Shown here: piece after piece, positions 26,830-40,485 of the stretch
How positions within the stretch are numbered: position 1 is the first letter of the stretch
Layout: every line of letters begins with the position of its first letter
Assembly (NCBI GenBank): GCA_964016885.1
Contig: OZ024740.1
Coordinates: 331,266,001 to 331,330,000 of the forward strand
Reading direction: 5' to 3'
Length of the DNA stretch: 64,000 bases
DNA from: Eledone cirrhosa
Lineage: Eukaryota
Position numbers and translations under genes: made by a program
Notes under the pieces: model-generated
Told to the model about the DNA's origin: nothing
The model's database searches: none
What the model saw: only the letters and a program-made list of their open reading frames with translations

Positions 26830-28700
26830 AAGTCAAATGATTAAAATTTAGCTTCGTTTATTACTGCTATATATATTTCAGTGACAGCCATCTTTGGCTG
26901 TGATCTCTTCAGGCAGTTTGAATTACTATGGTATAGACATGTACATATGTTGCTTAGGTGTATAATATTGTCAATACTCTGATATGCCCAGTTCCTTGTT
27001 GCGTTGTTAATTCACTGAGGAACTGGAGTCATATGAATTCAGTGTCAAAGGTCCCCTTCTCCTCTCATTGGTCAGTTATTAGAACATTTCTCATTCTAAG
27101 TGTTGTTATTGTTGGAGTTAGCTTAAACATTGATAAAATGGTAGAAGGGACAAGGTGTTAAAGGAACAAAATAACAAAAAAAGTGTCAAACTTCCCATTG
27201 GTCAGTTCTGAGAGCATTCCTAGATTAGGGTTCTCGTTATGTGTTACATGTGGTCTTCCCCCATGCTCGGTGGGGGGGTCCTCGGGTCTGTTTGTGTTTC
27301 TTGGGTGGGCTATGGGTCCCCCCTTCCCTCCTTTCACATGGTTCTGCTGACTGTTTGTATTGCCATCTTCTGGTTGTGTGTGGTTTTTAAGCCTACTTCT
27401 GTTGATGCTAGCTATGTGTTGGGCCAAATTTCTCGTGGTGGAATACGAAAGCTTCACAGTGTGTCTGTTGAAGATCCTGTGGTATCTGTGGTCCCCCGGG
27501 AAGCATTTGTCAAGTGCTCCAAAGAAACTTTTTGCTCGTTGATGTGGCTCCTATGTAGAGGTGTTTGGAGTTGGGGGTTTTAACCCTACAACTGTACACT
27601 AGGTTATTCTTGAGACATTGATTACCAAGGGGCATGATTCGGGGTTTCTGCAGTTGCAGAGGGTGGTCGGCCTCTGCGTGCCGAGATTAGAGTTCTCGTT
27701 ATGTGTTACATGTTGGTCTTGCCCCATGCTCGGTGGTGGTGGGGGGGGGGGTCTTGGTCTGTTTGTGTTTCTTGGGTGGGCTCTGGGTCCCCCCTTCCCT
27801 CCTTTCACATGGTTCTGCTGAGTGTTTGTATTTTTGGAGCACTTGACAAATGCTTCCCGGGGGACCACAGATACCACAGGATCTTCAACAGACACACTGT
27901 GAAGCTTTCGTATTCCACCACGAGAAATTTAGCCCAACACATATCTAGCATCAACAGAAGTAGGCTTAAAAACCACACACAACCAGAAGATGGCAATACA
28001 AACAGACCCGAGGACCCCCCACCGAGCATGGGGGAAGACCACATGTAACACATAACGAGAACCCTAATCTAAGCACGCAGAGGCCGACCACCCTATGCAA
28101 CTGCAGAAAACCCGAATCATGCCCCCTTGGTAATGAATGTCTCAAGAAGAACCTAGTGTACGGTTGTAGGGTTAAAACCCCCAACTTCGAACACCTCTAC
28201 ATAGGAGCCACATCAACGAGCTTTAAGGACTGCTGGTACAACCATCGCTATTCATTGAAGAAGGAGGCCAAAAGGAAAAGCACAGCTCTCTTCGACCTGA
28301 TCTGGAAGCGTAAGCTGGACAGGACCCCATACTCTCTGGCCTGGTACATAATCAGGAAAGGGGGATCTTACATATGCAAACTATGCCTGAACGAGACCCT
28401 CGGGATACTAAGAGGTGGAAGCGGCCTGATAAACCTCAGAACCGACTTCTTCGGGACATGCAGACACCTTAGAGCCGGGACCTTTCTCAAGATATATGGA
28501 CAGTAGCAACATAAGAAGATGTGAACTCCCCTCAAGCTATAGGGACTTCTACAGAACATGAAAACACCTCTCGGCCAGACCTCCCTCGAGCTATATGGGC
28601 AATAACAACACCCTACGTTGTGAACTCCTCTCAAGCCACAGGGAACAACCCAGGCGGAGCAGACACCATGATAGCCTAGAGATAGAATCGGACACAGCCA
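26830..28700. mobile_element. Rearranged Penelope-like element, same family as 12.7-14.6 kb
   Basis: Plus strand 27832-28506: IFNRHTVKLSYS...CNCRKPESCPLGNEC...VYGC...YIGAT...CKLCLNE...LINLRTDFFGTCRH; inverted copies of parts of it at 27219-27830. Confidence 0.88.
26864..26916 (-). ncRNA. Hammerhead with (UA)n palindromic stem III
   Basis: cugc-CUGAAGA-gaucacagcca aaga uggcugucacu-GAAA-UAUAUA-UA-gcag. Confidence 0.78.
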
Positions 28701-29709
28701 TAATAATTAGGCCAACATCTATAACACAAACACTTTTAATTTACCAGATTTCTGACTTTCAAGTTCCAATCTTAAATCTTGATTTCTCTTTATTAATTTG
28801 TTATTTGTTTTCTGCCCTCTTCACTGTATTACCTTATATTTATTTTAAGTTGAGATGGATTATAACACAAACACATTTTCTATTTACCTCTGATCAACTC
28901 CTCAGAATACAAAATTAATTCATACAAGGCAAGATATATAGAGAGAAATAGCTTATAATCACAACAATAACATCAATAATAAAATATATATGATAAATAG
29001 GTTACAAGTGTAAAAAGTAAAAAGTAAAAGATAAGAAAAAAGATACAGTTAAAAGTAAGAAAATGGAAAATAATACAAATATAAAGAAAGAAGGATAAGT
29101 GAGAGCATATAAGCCGTACGTTAAAAATGTCCACGACGCACAGTACTCACAACCTCTAACTGGATTACCTATAACGATAACTTGTTACCCCACATATATA
29201 CATATATATATATAAAAGCAAGTTCTGCACCTAGAAAAATAAAACGTCTGCGTGAAGAGATTATCATGTTATTTCCTTCGCCATACGTTTCCGAGTCTAT
29301 TATAAATTATCTACATATGCTGGCTACAATATATATTGTACAACCATATGCAATACTTAATTATTTATTACACTTCTTCAGAAGGCTATAATAGTGGGAT
29401 TCAAATGATCACCGCGAAGTAGGATTCGGTAATGAGATTTCCGTTTAAGAAAATGTAAATAAGTTAAAGATAAGATGAAATACAGTCAGATGGTATGATA
29501 GATGAAAGGAGAGCAAGTGGGGGTAAAGAGTTTCACACTACCAATCTGTGTGCTGTGATGTGGAACAAGTATTCTTTTACCATTGCTATAGGTGAAGGTT
29601 TTGATGTTTACCATATATGGCGGTAGACAAGGTATAAGGAGAGGGACAGAAAAAGATTAGGTAGAGATTTAGAGTAGGCTATATATATATATATATATAC
29701 ATATATATA

Positions 29710-30345
29710 CTAGCAGTGGTACCCGGCGTTGCACGGGATAAGGTATTTTGGAACGCGGGCTGCCAACAGACCTAATCGTGGAAAAACTGCATCACTGGAC
29801 AATATGTAAAGAAAATAAACCGAATACTCTGATGGCTGGATAATCTAAGATTTTCCTGGATGAAGCAGGAAAAAGGGAGGTTTTCACCTAATGCGGGCCC
29901 TAGGGGATCAAGAAAATGAATTTTTTTATATGCATAATATGCCTTGAAATTTCGGGAAAATCGGCTAGACGTAACGCCTCAAAAAAGGACTAAAGAGCGA
30001 AAAAAATAAAGTTTTTCACCTAATGCGGGCCTTAGGACATGAAAAAGTTGGATTTTCTTTGCTCACAGTATGAAGAAGAGACTGACTAATACATAGTTAC
30101 AATATCAAGGAAATAGGTCTGACGTAAAAAAGCTACAAAAAACGCAGTTCTTCACCTAATGCGGGCCCTACGGGATCAAAAAGTTGAATTTGTTTATGTG
30201 CATAACACTCCCTGAAATATAAGTAATACACATGTAAAGTTTGAAAAAGATCGGTTTCACGCACACACACACACACACATACACACATACACACATACAC
30301 ACATACACACATACACGCATACAGATATACATCCTTCCTCAGTTA
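29710..30345 (-). mobile_element. Non-autonomous Helitron (family B)
   Basis: 3' CCCGTGCAACGCCGGGTACCACTG-CTAG; internal TTCACCTAATGCGGGCCC sub-repeats; homologous to 39423-40170. Confidence 0.75.
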
Positions 30346-32282
30346 TATATATATACATATATAGATTAAAATAACATTAAAGTTTAAGCAAAGAATCGTT
30401 TCTTCGCCCTTAACGGGATCTTCTGAAACTAAAACATCAATCTGTGAACGCAGAAGTAAATATTTCGAAAAATGTTGCAATCGAAGGAAAACAGGTAGAT
30501 GATACTTTTGGTTCGTGAAGACGTTCCCTGGCAATGAACGGAAAATAGCGAACATAATACGTCATCAGACAAGCAGGCATATAGATATTATAAGCAGACA
30601 AGCAGACATACAGATATTATAAGAGCGCGACGGAGATGGATAACCGGCGCCTAACACCCCTTTAACAACAGAAAATTGAAAAATAAAAGGTGCATTTAAT
30701 ATCTTTAAACTGCAAGGAATATATAAATGCAAGTTTGAAGTCAATCGGAGTAGAAATGTGGATTTGTATAGACTTTGCAAAAATGAGGACACACACACAC
30801 ACAGACAACAGTTTTATATATATAGATATATAGATATATATATGTGTGTGTGCGTGTGTGTGTGTGTGCGTATGTGTGTGTGTATGCGTGCGTGCGTGTG
30901 TGTGTGTATAGGGAGAACGACAGGGAGAAAGAGGGACGACGAGGTACACCAATAGATAGTATGAGAGTCTAATGCTCCTTAACGAATTTAAATTTATTAC
31001 TATACATATTTCCTTTTCAGGATCCAAACCACATTAACGATTTCCAGATGCGTAACATTTAAGTGTTCTACTTTTGAGCTACATAGTACCTCTGGCTCAG
31101 TCTAAGAGTACGACACAAGGCACAGGAACAGATTTGACAGAGGCTGCTTTGGAGAAATATACTCCGAAAATAACCGTGATTGTCAAATATAAATGCATAA
31201 AATCAAATATAAGATATATAAGACAACAAATACAAAAGTATTTGGAGTAAATAAAAAACAAAAAGAAACACCGAAACACATACACATACATGCGTGTGTG
31301 GCTGTGTGTGTCTATGTACATACATGTATATGACTGCATATATACATACACATATATGTAAACACATATATAATATATACATACACATGAGTGTGTGTTT
31401 GTATGTGTGTCTGCGTTTTAATATATGGATAATTACACAGCTACTTTGAAGTATTAGAGAAGTCGATGTCATTAGTTCTAGAAAAATGAGTTAACACATC
31501 AAACAGAATACGAATGCATTGAATATAGAATATATCTATCAATTTTTGTTTTTAATATATATATATATTTATTATTAGTATTACTATATATATATATGTG
31601 TGTGTAATGTATGTATATATATATGTATTTATGAATATATATATATATATATAATCTGCCTATTTTATTAAAACACATACATAGAAGATAAAATCAAACA
31701 ACTGACATCGATTTCGACTTAATTGGATTGAATGTAATGAGAAGCGCATCACCTCTTGTTGCGTCTTCAATATCTAAGTAGATATCTGGAATTAATAGTA
31801 TTCACTGGCTTTGATATGACAGCTCCTGTACGGATGAAGTGTTTATCGAACCATTAACGAATTACAGACTAACTCCATGAATCGTACGTCATTGATACTC
31901 ATGGACGAGTTAGTTTCCCTTAAATAAGAATGTTCTTAAACAGATGAAATTTAAAGTACTCGATATTATTTTTTATAAAGTTTTAAAATAGTTTAATAAA
32001 TTGATAGTATAAGGCGAGGAAAACTGAATAAATTTATCATGCAAATAGAACCTTGCAAATGGAACCAAATTGAAATCAAAAGTTTTCTTGTTCTGAGATC
32101 ATATGCAAGACAATGAAAATGTCCCGGAATTGCATTGTAAGGGCTTCGCAGTTCAACAATATTGTTCTCATTTTCGTCCAACTGTAAGATACTCTGGAGC
32201 AGCGTGTTTTACAATTGAATAACATAGTCTAAATCCCTCTGAGTAAAATATAGCGGTTCAAAATTCAATAATGGTGACTGTC

Positions 32283-32403
32283 TTAAATAAGACTCTTTTT
32301 CAAGCATTTGGCTGTGACTTCGGATTTAGGATAGTGATCCCACTTTCTGCTACACTCCATGATGTCCTTATAAATGCCAGATATATTGGCAACCATCTGT
32401 TGA
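32283..32403 (-). CDS. Candidate terminal coding exon (CQQMVANISGIYKDIMECSRKWDHYPKSEVTAKCLKKSLI*)
   Basis: Polypyrimidine TTTTTTCATATCCCCAG acceptor; in-frame join across a 178-nt GT-AG intron; non-repetitive sequence. Confidence 0.4.
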
Positions 32404-32581
32404 CTGGGGATATGAAAAAATAAACGCTTTATTTCATTCAATTACTACTTATTCGATAGAAACGAAAAATGATGTTGCCTTGTAGAATAATGATTTGCAC
32501 ACATAATTATATTAATTATATATGAACGAACACAATTATTAAATTCCTAAACGGGGGTACTGGAGTATATGTTATCGTTAC

Positions 32582-32658
32582 CAGCAGTAGTCATCCAATG
32601 ATTCTGGTTGTTGTATTTCCTTCATAAACATCTGAATGAACTGCATTTGGTTTTCTTT
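32582..32658 (-). CDS. Candidate penultimate coding exon of an unidentified host gene (KENQMQFIQMFMKEIQQPESLDDYC)
   Basis: TTTTAG acceptor, GTAACG donor, 77 nt; phase matches the next exon. Confidence 0.4.
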
Positions 32659-32924
32659 CTAAAACATCAGTTGGTAATAATTGCAAACTAATAAATAAAC
32701 AAATAGTTTATTGTACACATGCCCAGAAGGTAGAATTTGGAATAATTGTTTTATTTATTATTCATTTCAATTTGTACACTAAAACTCCAGAGAAAGTGTA
32801 ATTTAAGAAAGAAATGTAATGGATGCCTGTGCCTGACTAAATACGTTTACTTTTTACAATACCCCAGCAATAGTTTCTTTCACTATCACTACACATATAT
32901 ACACTAATATTTCCATATGTATAA

Positions 32925-33204
32925 TCTTCTTCTTCTTCTTCTTCTTCTTCTTCTTCTTCTTCTTCTTCTTCTTCTTCTTCTTCTTCTTCTTCTTCTTCTT
33001 CTTCTCCTCCTCCTCCTCCTCCTCCTCCTCCTCCTCCTCCTCTCAGAAGTATTCATTTCCAAATGATCGAGCAGTAGCCCCAAGCGATACCAGCAGAGCT
33101 CATGCATATTATCCAACCATTATGCTCGGGTTCTATCTCTGCCACTGCTGCCCTTTGGTTTTGCCCGTAAAATCTGTCTAGCGAGTCTTTCCTACGGGCG
33201 AGGA
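32925..33204 (-). mobile_element. RTE-type LINE 3' end with (GGA)n/(AGA)n tail
   Basis: ERLARQILRAKPKGSSGRDRTRA*WLDNMHELCWYRLG followed by a trinucleotide tail. Confidence 0.7.
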
Positions 33205-33658
33205 GTCAGGCTTAGTGTTATGGTAAGTTTTAGGGGTCATAATTAGTGTTAGGTTGGAGTTAGGGTTAGGTTTAGGCTTAGGGTTAGGGTGACTTTTAGG
33301 GTCAGCGTTAGGTTTCAGGGTTAGGGTTAATGTTAGGGTTCAGGGTTAAGGTTAAATTTAGGGTTAGAGGTCAGTATTGGAATTATGTTTAGCGTTAGGG
33401 GTCAGGTTTAACGATCAGGGTTAGGGTTAGAGTTAGGGTTAAGGTTAGAGTAAGTATCAGAGTTAGTGTCAGATATAGAATAAGAGTTAAGTTTAGGGTT
33501 AGTGATCAGGGATAGGGCTAGGGTTACGGTTAGGGTTAGGGATCAGGGTTTATGTTAGGATTAGGGTTAGCCTAATGGTTTAGGGTTAGTGTTAGTTTCA
33601 GGCTCAGTGTTAGAGTTACGTTAGGCTTAGAGGTCAGGGTTAGGGTTAAGGTTAGGGA
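33205..33658 (+). repeat. Degenerate interstitial telomere-like (TTAGGG)n tract
   Basis: About 450 bp of TTAGGG/TCAGGG/TTAGAG/TTAAGG hexamer variants. Confidence 0.88.
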
Positions 33659-33800
33659 GTTGTTAAAACGACGAATAGAATGCTGTATCGTATTTGTTCC
33701 GCCTCCTTCCTGTCTGATTCCAAATCCTGCCGAGGTCAACTTTCCATTTTATCCTTTTGAGGTCGATAAAAAAAGTACGAGTCTAGTACTGGGGTCGAGT
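33655..33800 (+). mobile_element. Same SINE family
   Basis: CAAATCCTGCCGAGGTCAACTTTCCATTTTATCCTTTTGAGGTCGATAAAA...GTAC...ACTGGGGTCGA. Confidence 0.75.
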
Positions 33801-33972
33801 CTTCTTCTCTCTGTATGAAATCTGCTGTACACAGGCTTGTAGATGGATGGGCTCGCCAGGTTGAAAATACACGAGATATGCTGCATGTCAATATGTCACC
33901 CCTATGATTCTATTAGGAGTTACGGGACCACACCATATATGTATTGTATATACATATATTTGAAGCTAAATC

Positions 33973-34031
<59 letters not shown>

Positions 34032-34576
34032 TATTTTATATATACATATATATAATTATATATATATATAAATGAAAGGTATAGAAAGTATTGTAGCAAT
34101 AAGCCAACAGTAATCCATAATATATAAGTGACTATAGCGTCAAAATGGGAAAATAGTTAACGTAAGATGTGGGAAAAATAAATCAAACTCAATTCAAAAA
34201 GAATCACGATATAGATTTATCCAACAGAATTTTATGAAATCCAGGGAAAAATCAATAGAGCCTTAACTCATAATAAAATAAAGTTTAAAATACTCATCCT
34301 TCAATTTGGGAGAACTACAAATGCTCTGTATAGTTTTGAAAAGACTATTTCACGAAAAGATATATATATATATATCACGATAAATTAACGGAGCCATAGA
34401 CTCTCGCTATTCCCTGTGATATATAGTTATAGAGGTATGTATATACACTTTAATTTATATTTTTTATTTTAGTGCGTCTACCCTGCCTTTCATAGGTTAT
34501 AGATTCCATACACTGGTTGTTTTTCCCTGTTTTGTTGATGGCGCACTATCTCTCTCTAGTGTGCTACCTTTTCAAC

Positions 34577-34653
<77 letters not shown>

Positions 34654-34864
34654 TGAGCCAAAATTCACACAGGTGTTTAATTGTACAGATTGATATCTGA
34701 AATTTTCGAGCAACTTAATGGAAATTATGTTGCACTCGTCAATCCTTTTCAGACCTCTACATTATGAAAAAACAATTATAAACATTTGTGACCCCTGTGT
34801 GATATTGTGTCACCTTTGGGCCAATCATATTTTTTTATTTGTGTGATATTGTGTGACCTTTGGG

Positions 34865-35688
34865 CCAATCATATTTTTTTATTTGTTTGACCCGAATTAC
34901 TTGGTCGTTTCTATGGCTGTGCGGATAATGGTTTAACCATCGTCTCAGTGTGTTTGGCTTTTTAACGTATGTTGTAGCTCTGGTTCGTTAGAATTTATTG
35001 AGCGCTTGCCACACATCTCGGAAGTTTTTTTTCGCTAATTTCCAAAGCCGAAATACGATTCTCGCTAATTTATATTTGTAATAATCTCCAGAGTCTAGCT
35101 ATTGACCAATTAATTTTCTTGATTTTTTTTAGTTGATTCTATTGACTGATGAATAGCTTTTGTTAACTTTAAAACCATTCTGTTGAGAACTTTATTCGTT
35201 TTGTGATATTTTGCAATTTTGCAATAAGATACACATACTAAATTCATCCACCAAAAATAAGGGTTGCCTCCCTTGTCGAGCCCCGCGTGGGTATTGGTAA
35301 CGGTCAATCCTTGGCCTGGCACTTGAACTAAAAGCCTGTTGAGAAAGTGACTTCCTTGTTCAATCATCTTACCAGAAGCTTAACATTATTTGTCTAAGCG
35401 GACAGTACTTGATTTAGGAGTCGCAAAAACCCAAATGGTCGATTTTCACCAACCTTCCAGGGGTCCGGGTAAATTTTTCAATCATATTTTTTTATTTGTT
35501 TGACCCGAATTACTTGGTCGTTTCTATGGGTGTGCGGATAATGGTTTAACCATCGTCTCAGTGTGTTTGGCCTTTAATGTATGTTGTAGCTCTGGTTCGT
35601 TAGAATATATTAAGCGCTTGCCACACATCTCGGAAGTTGTTTTTCGCTAATTTCCAAAGCCGAAATACGATTCTCGCTAATTTATATT

Positions 35689-35690
<2 letters not shown>
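34865..35690. repeat. About 215-bp direct repeat
   Basis: CAATCATATTTTTTTATTTGTTTGACCCGAATTAC...CTAATTTATATTTGTA at about 34866-35080 and 35479-35692. Confidence 0.8.
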
Positions 35691-35743
<53 letters not shown>

Positions 35744-35857
35744 TATATATATAAATGTTTACACATACACCAATTCAACAGTTACAGATATATATGTGTT
35801 TTTGCAACTTTTCACGTTGTGGCTCAATGGAGAATAAATAAATTAATCAGAGCGAAA

Positions 35858-36546
35858 TACTAGAGTAAAGCATGTCCAGAGAATTATTTGATAATATATA
35901 TACATCATCTCTACTCCCAATCAGCACAATTAACCACACAAAACATCAATTAGACCAGGCTATAATAATTAAAGACATCTATGAAGAAACAGTAAATGGA
36001 TACACCATCACGGTGTAACCGCTATAGAGCATCTACCCAACGTTTCGACAGCACGTGGAAATTAATTAAATACACGGTCAACCATACATAATTAGGTAAA
36101 AATTAATGTTAGAAATGCTTATATAAATACCAGGATTAAATCATTAAATCCAGACCCATGGGTTTCGCTCTCTTTTGAGATACCTTATTTAAGGTTCATA
36201 CTCGAGTTTAGAGCTCTTCAGGGGGTAAACTCGCTAGACATTATTTTCCGAAGTGCCCCCCCCCCCATACGAATTCAAAATGGTTGAAAACTGTGACGTG
36301 GCAGTGGTCAAGTCAGGAAGGGTCAAGTCAGGATTGGTTGCATACGGCGATTGGGTTGGTTGCTAGAAAGCGGAGCCCAATATCGCCCAAAACTCGCTAG
36401 ACATATTATTTTCCGCGATGGTGTTTCTTCATAGATGCCTTTAATTTTTATAGCCTGGTCTAATTGATTGTTTGTGTGGTTAATTGTGCTGATTGGGAGT
36501 AGAGATGATGTATATCAAATAATTCTCTGGACATGCTTTACTCTAG

Positions 36547-36548
<2 letters not shown>
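35858..36548. mobile_element. Fold-back element with an internal hammerhead
   Basis: 35858-35991 is the reverse complement of 36422-36548; a terminus of the same family is at 6583-6645. Confidence 0.75.
36149..36225 (-). ncRNA. Hammerhead with long stem II and palindromic stem III
   Basis: cccc-CUGAAGA-gcucu...agagc-GAAA-CCCAUGGG-UC-ugga; stem I is weak. Confidence 0.72.
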
Positions 36549-36600
<52 letters not shown>

Positions 36601-37045
36601 ATTGGTGTGGGATGCTTAAAGTGTCCGTAAGCGGTAGGCCGTTTAAGCACTCGATGCTCTTGCAGAGCAGAGTATGATATCACATAAGAAATGGAGAATC
36701 AGTGTTGCGACGAATAAAATGTATTAGACATATTAGAATCGTTTCTCTGGCGAACATCTCGAAGCACGAACGCTGTAATGATCGAACCTTACTCTGAAAT
36801 CGCAAGGTCCTCAGATACGTCTCGATTCTACGTAGCAGAGTTTCCAAATCTCTCTCTATATATAGTAATAATAATAAATGTGAAGACTAAAATCCAAAGA
36901 GAGCTCGATAAGGATCGAATCATTCGATACTGTTACTGGGTCCGTCTCTCCTTGGTTTGTGCTCTAGTTTTAAGGTGACTGTAGTTTGCAGAGAGTATAT
37001 TAAATTACAATATGAATTGCAGCTTTTTGTATAATTTATAACGTA

Positions 37046-39422
37046 CTAGCATAGGCACCCAGCTTTGCCCGGAAATGAAATTGTTACTTACAAATTAGAA
37101 GAAAAGAGCAAAATATGTTGCATAGAAATGTGTTATTCTAAATTCAATTTATTCTTCAATTAGGACACATGATGAAATCAATTCTGAGTTCATAAAAAAA
37201 ATAATTGTTGTGAGAAAATAAATTTCCAATTTCATGGAGGAGGGGTCGGGGCTAAGAAAGGGTCGTGTCTGTGTTCACCTTTAACCAAAAGAAGCAAATG
37301 ATGTTAGGAAAAATAAACAAAGGTAAACCGGGCTTGTTAAGAAGAGCGATAACGTACCTGTATGTCCACTGTAGCGCTTATAACACTGTTTTAGCGGATG
37401 CTGGACGATTTAAAGTTTCCATTGCGGTAGCCGTCAAACAATTTCAAGTAGGGCCCCTTAAATAGGGTTGTGTGTGCGTTCACTGACAGCCCTAAAAGTG
37501 AGGGGTCAATGTCTGGATGGCCACTGTAATCAAAGTCAGGGTTTATTCGAATGCTTTTAAGGACCACCGTGAGCAACACGGTCTTGAAATACCCTGCCCA
37601 AAGTCCCTTCGTTGATCATTACATTGTAGTCAAATGTCTCGTTCTTGTGAGGTCTGTGTAGCTCGCGCAGCAGCAGTATTCGCAGCATCCTTACTCCGAC
37701 GTCTTTTACGCTGGCTGTAGCGAAGTCTGTCCGCGCCTTGAAGCTTGGGTGACACCTAAACGTCAAATTATAGCTCACCACTCTTTTGGTGTGAACAGGT
37801 TCATGCGTGGGCTACCCACTCAGGTGGGAGACAGGAAGCAACAGGTATATAAAGCCTGTATAATCCCACTTTGGGGAGAGACATCGGAGTACTACGATAC
37901 ACAACAAGCTATGTAAAGATTCACCGCTAGCTTCAGACCCCAGGGGTCTACAGAAATACAGAGCAATCTGAGCCCTACTACTACACACCCGCTATGTGAA
38001 AGATTCACCACTATGTACAAGCCACAGTGGTCTACAATCAATTACAGATCATTACTCTCTCTCACTCACTATGGTCTCAGACTCACGACGAGAACTACTA
38101 TGACGACTCCAACAAACTTTAACCACCAACAAATTCTATCTGCTCGCTCGCGGTAATCACATCAACAACAAAATAACATTGTCATCCTTCTCAACTCTTG
38201 GTAACTATTTTATTATACTTTTCGATTGAAGGGAAGTAAACCATTATATATAATCTAAATCTTTATTATTCTTATAATCATTTCTAATAACCACATATAA
38301 CCATCTTATTACTTTAAAATACCATTCGTTAAATGTCTTCCGTCTCGGCAGCTCGTGCAACAGAAGTTGATGCGGCATTAGCGGTTCGGCGAATGGTTCG
38401 TTGGTTGTCTGTTTCAAGTGCTCTGCTGGTGGCAGCACGTTTAGCATCTTGCGACCGTCGAATAGCAGATTCCACTGACGATTCGTTTGCCTGCCCTGTT
38501 CTTCTTGTTGCTGCTTTCGCAGTTTTCCAGCCACTTCCTTCCAGGCATGACCTAAAAGCAGCACGATGTACACTGAAACACACTGTAGATTAAGGAGTAA
38601 ACTCGTCAATGAATTCAAAACCGATGCATGTGATTTTCGAACGGTTGACTATGTAATTGCTAAGCCATGAGTGCCGTCTTCACTGGGGAATGAATTGGGA
38701 GAGGGGTAATAGTAGGAGCAGCGGTTGGAATGAGTGTAAGTTAGTAAATATGTTGTCACTAAAAAACATGGCGTAAGTGAAACGCCACACGCACGTACAC
38801 ACACACACACTCACTCACGCACGCAAACGCACAAACGCACTCAAACTCACGCACGCACGTGTGCACGTACACACACACACATGTTAATAGATTTAACTAT
38901 TAGTGGAACGCTGCACGGACACAGACACACACACACGCACACACACACACGCACACATGTTAATTAGTTGTAGCTTTCCTTCCGCTCTTCCACTGTCATG
39001 TATCAAACACAGCGTCTGTCGCTCTCTCTCTCTCTCTCTCTCTCTCCCGCTACCCCCTTCTTTTAGTCTGTCTGTTTCTTGCACTCTCACTCTTTCTCTT
39101 TATACCTCACTCACATTTCACCGCTCTATCAAAAAACACTGTGACGTATGGGGATATGGAGGAGGAGGAGTAGAGAGCCACTTCGACACTTCGCCTCTAC
39201 GTTTCTTTCTCTTCATTCCCACTCCCTCATTATGTACAGACATTGGCCACTTCACTAATTCGATCCCTAGGACTAAATAATTTGAAAGTTTGTTTTTTTT
39301 TTGCTTATGACACTCACAGAGCCATACGTATTACATATGTAAAGTTTGAAAAAACACGGTTGGGTACTTCTCGAGTTTTAGGGAAACAGATACACAGACA
39401 TTCTTTGTTTTATATATATAGA
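37046..39422 (-). mobile_element. Non-autonomous Helitron, copy 1
   Basis: 5' TCTATATATATAAAA at 39422; 3' CCGGGCAAAGCTGGG hairpin plus CTAG|T at 37046; carries a Rep-helicase N-terminal remnant. Confidence 0.85.
37716..38333 (+). mobile_element. Solo LTR nested in Helitron copy 1
   Basis: Absent from copy 2; termini TGTAGCGAA ... TTCGTTAAA (near-inverted; expected CA end altered); TATATAAA at 37846. Confidence 0.7.
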
Positions 39423-40485
39423 CTAGTAGTGGTACCCGGCGTTGCACGGGTATTTTGGAACGCGGGCCGCCAACAGACCTAATCATGGAAAAACTGCATG
39501 CCTGGACAATATGTAAAGAAAATAAACCGAATACTCTGATGCAATTAGTATTATGTATGCTTCTCCTTCCACGTGGAGAAAATCAGCTTGGTGCTTTGGG
39601 ACTTTAATAAAAGCATGTATCACCATGACAGGAGTTTGGGAATTTATTTCTATCCACATGAGGGTGGATACGCTAATTAATTAATGTAGTACTTTTCATG
39701 GTAATTGGCTGGATAATCTTTAAGATTTTCCTCGATGAAGAAGGAAAAATGCAGGTTTTCACCTAATGCTGGCCTTATGTGATAAAAAAATGAATTTTTT
39801 TATGTGCATAATATGCCTTGAAATTTCTGGAAAATCGGCTAGACGTAACGCCTCAAAAAAGCCCTAAAAAGCTGGGTAAATGAAGTTTGTCACCTTAAGC
39901 GGGCCCTAGGCCATAAAAAAGTTGCATTTTCTTTGCTGACAGTATGAGGAAGAGACTGACTAATACATAGTTATAATTTCAAGGAGATTGGTCTGACGTG
40001 ACGCATAAAAAAACCCAAAACATCTGAAAAACGTAGTTTTTCACCTAAAGTTGAATTTTATGTGCATAACACTCCCTGAAACATAAGTTATACACATGTA
40101 AAGTTTGAAAAAATCGGTTGGTACTTCTCGAGTTTTAGGGAAACAGATACATCCAAATCCTTCTCCTCTTCTTACATGTTAGAAGAAAAGAGCAAAATTT
40201 GTTGTATAGAAATGTATTATTCTAAATTCAATTTATTCTTCAATTGGGAAACACGATGAAATCAATTCTCAGTTCATTAAAAAAAAAAAATGTTTTGAGC
40301 AAAATAAATTTCCAATTTCATGGAAAGGAGGGTGTTAAGAAAGGGTCGTGTGTGTGTTCACCTTTAACCAAAGGAAGCAAATGTTAGGAAAAATAAGTAA
40401 AGGTAAACCGGGCTTGTTAAGAAGAGCGATAACGTAACTGTATGTCCACCGTAGTTCTTATTACACTGTTTTAGAGGATGCTGGA

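Noticed and set aside
29875-30180. Regularly spaced TTCACCTAATGCGGGCCC repeats resembling a CRISPR array
   Set aside because: Spacers are about 135 bp and similar to each other; these are internal sub-repeats of a Helitron in eukaryotic DNA with no cas genes.
33205-33658. True chromosome end
   Set aside because: Repeats are degenerate and flanked by ordinary sequence on both sides.
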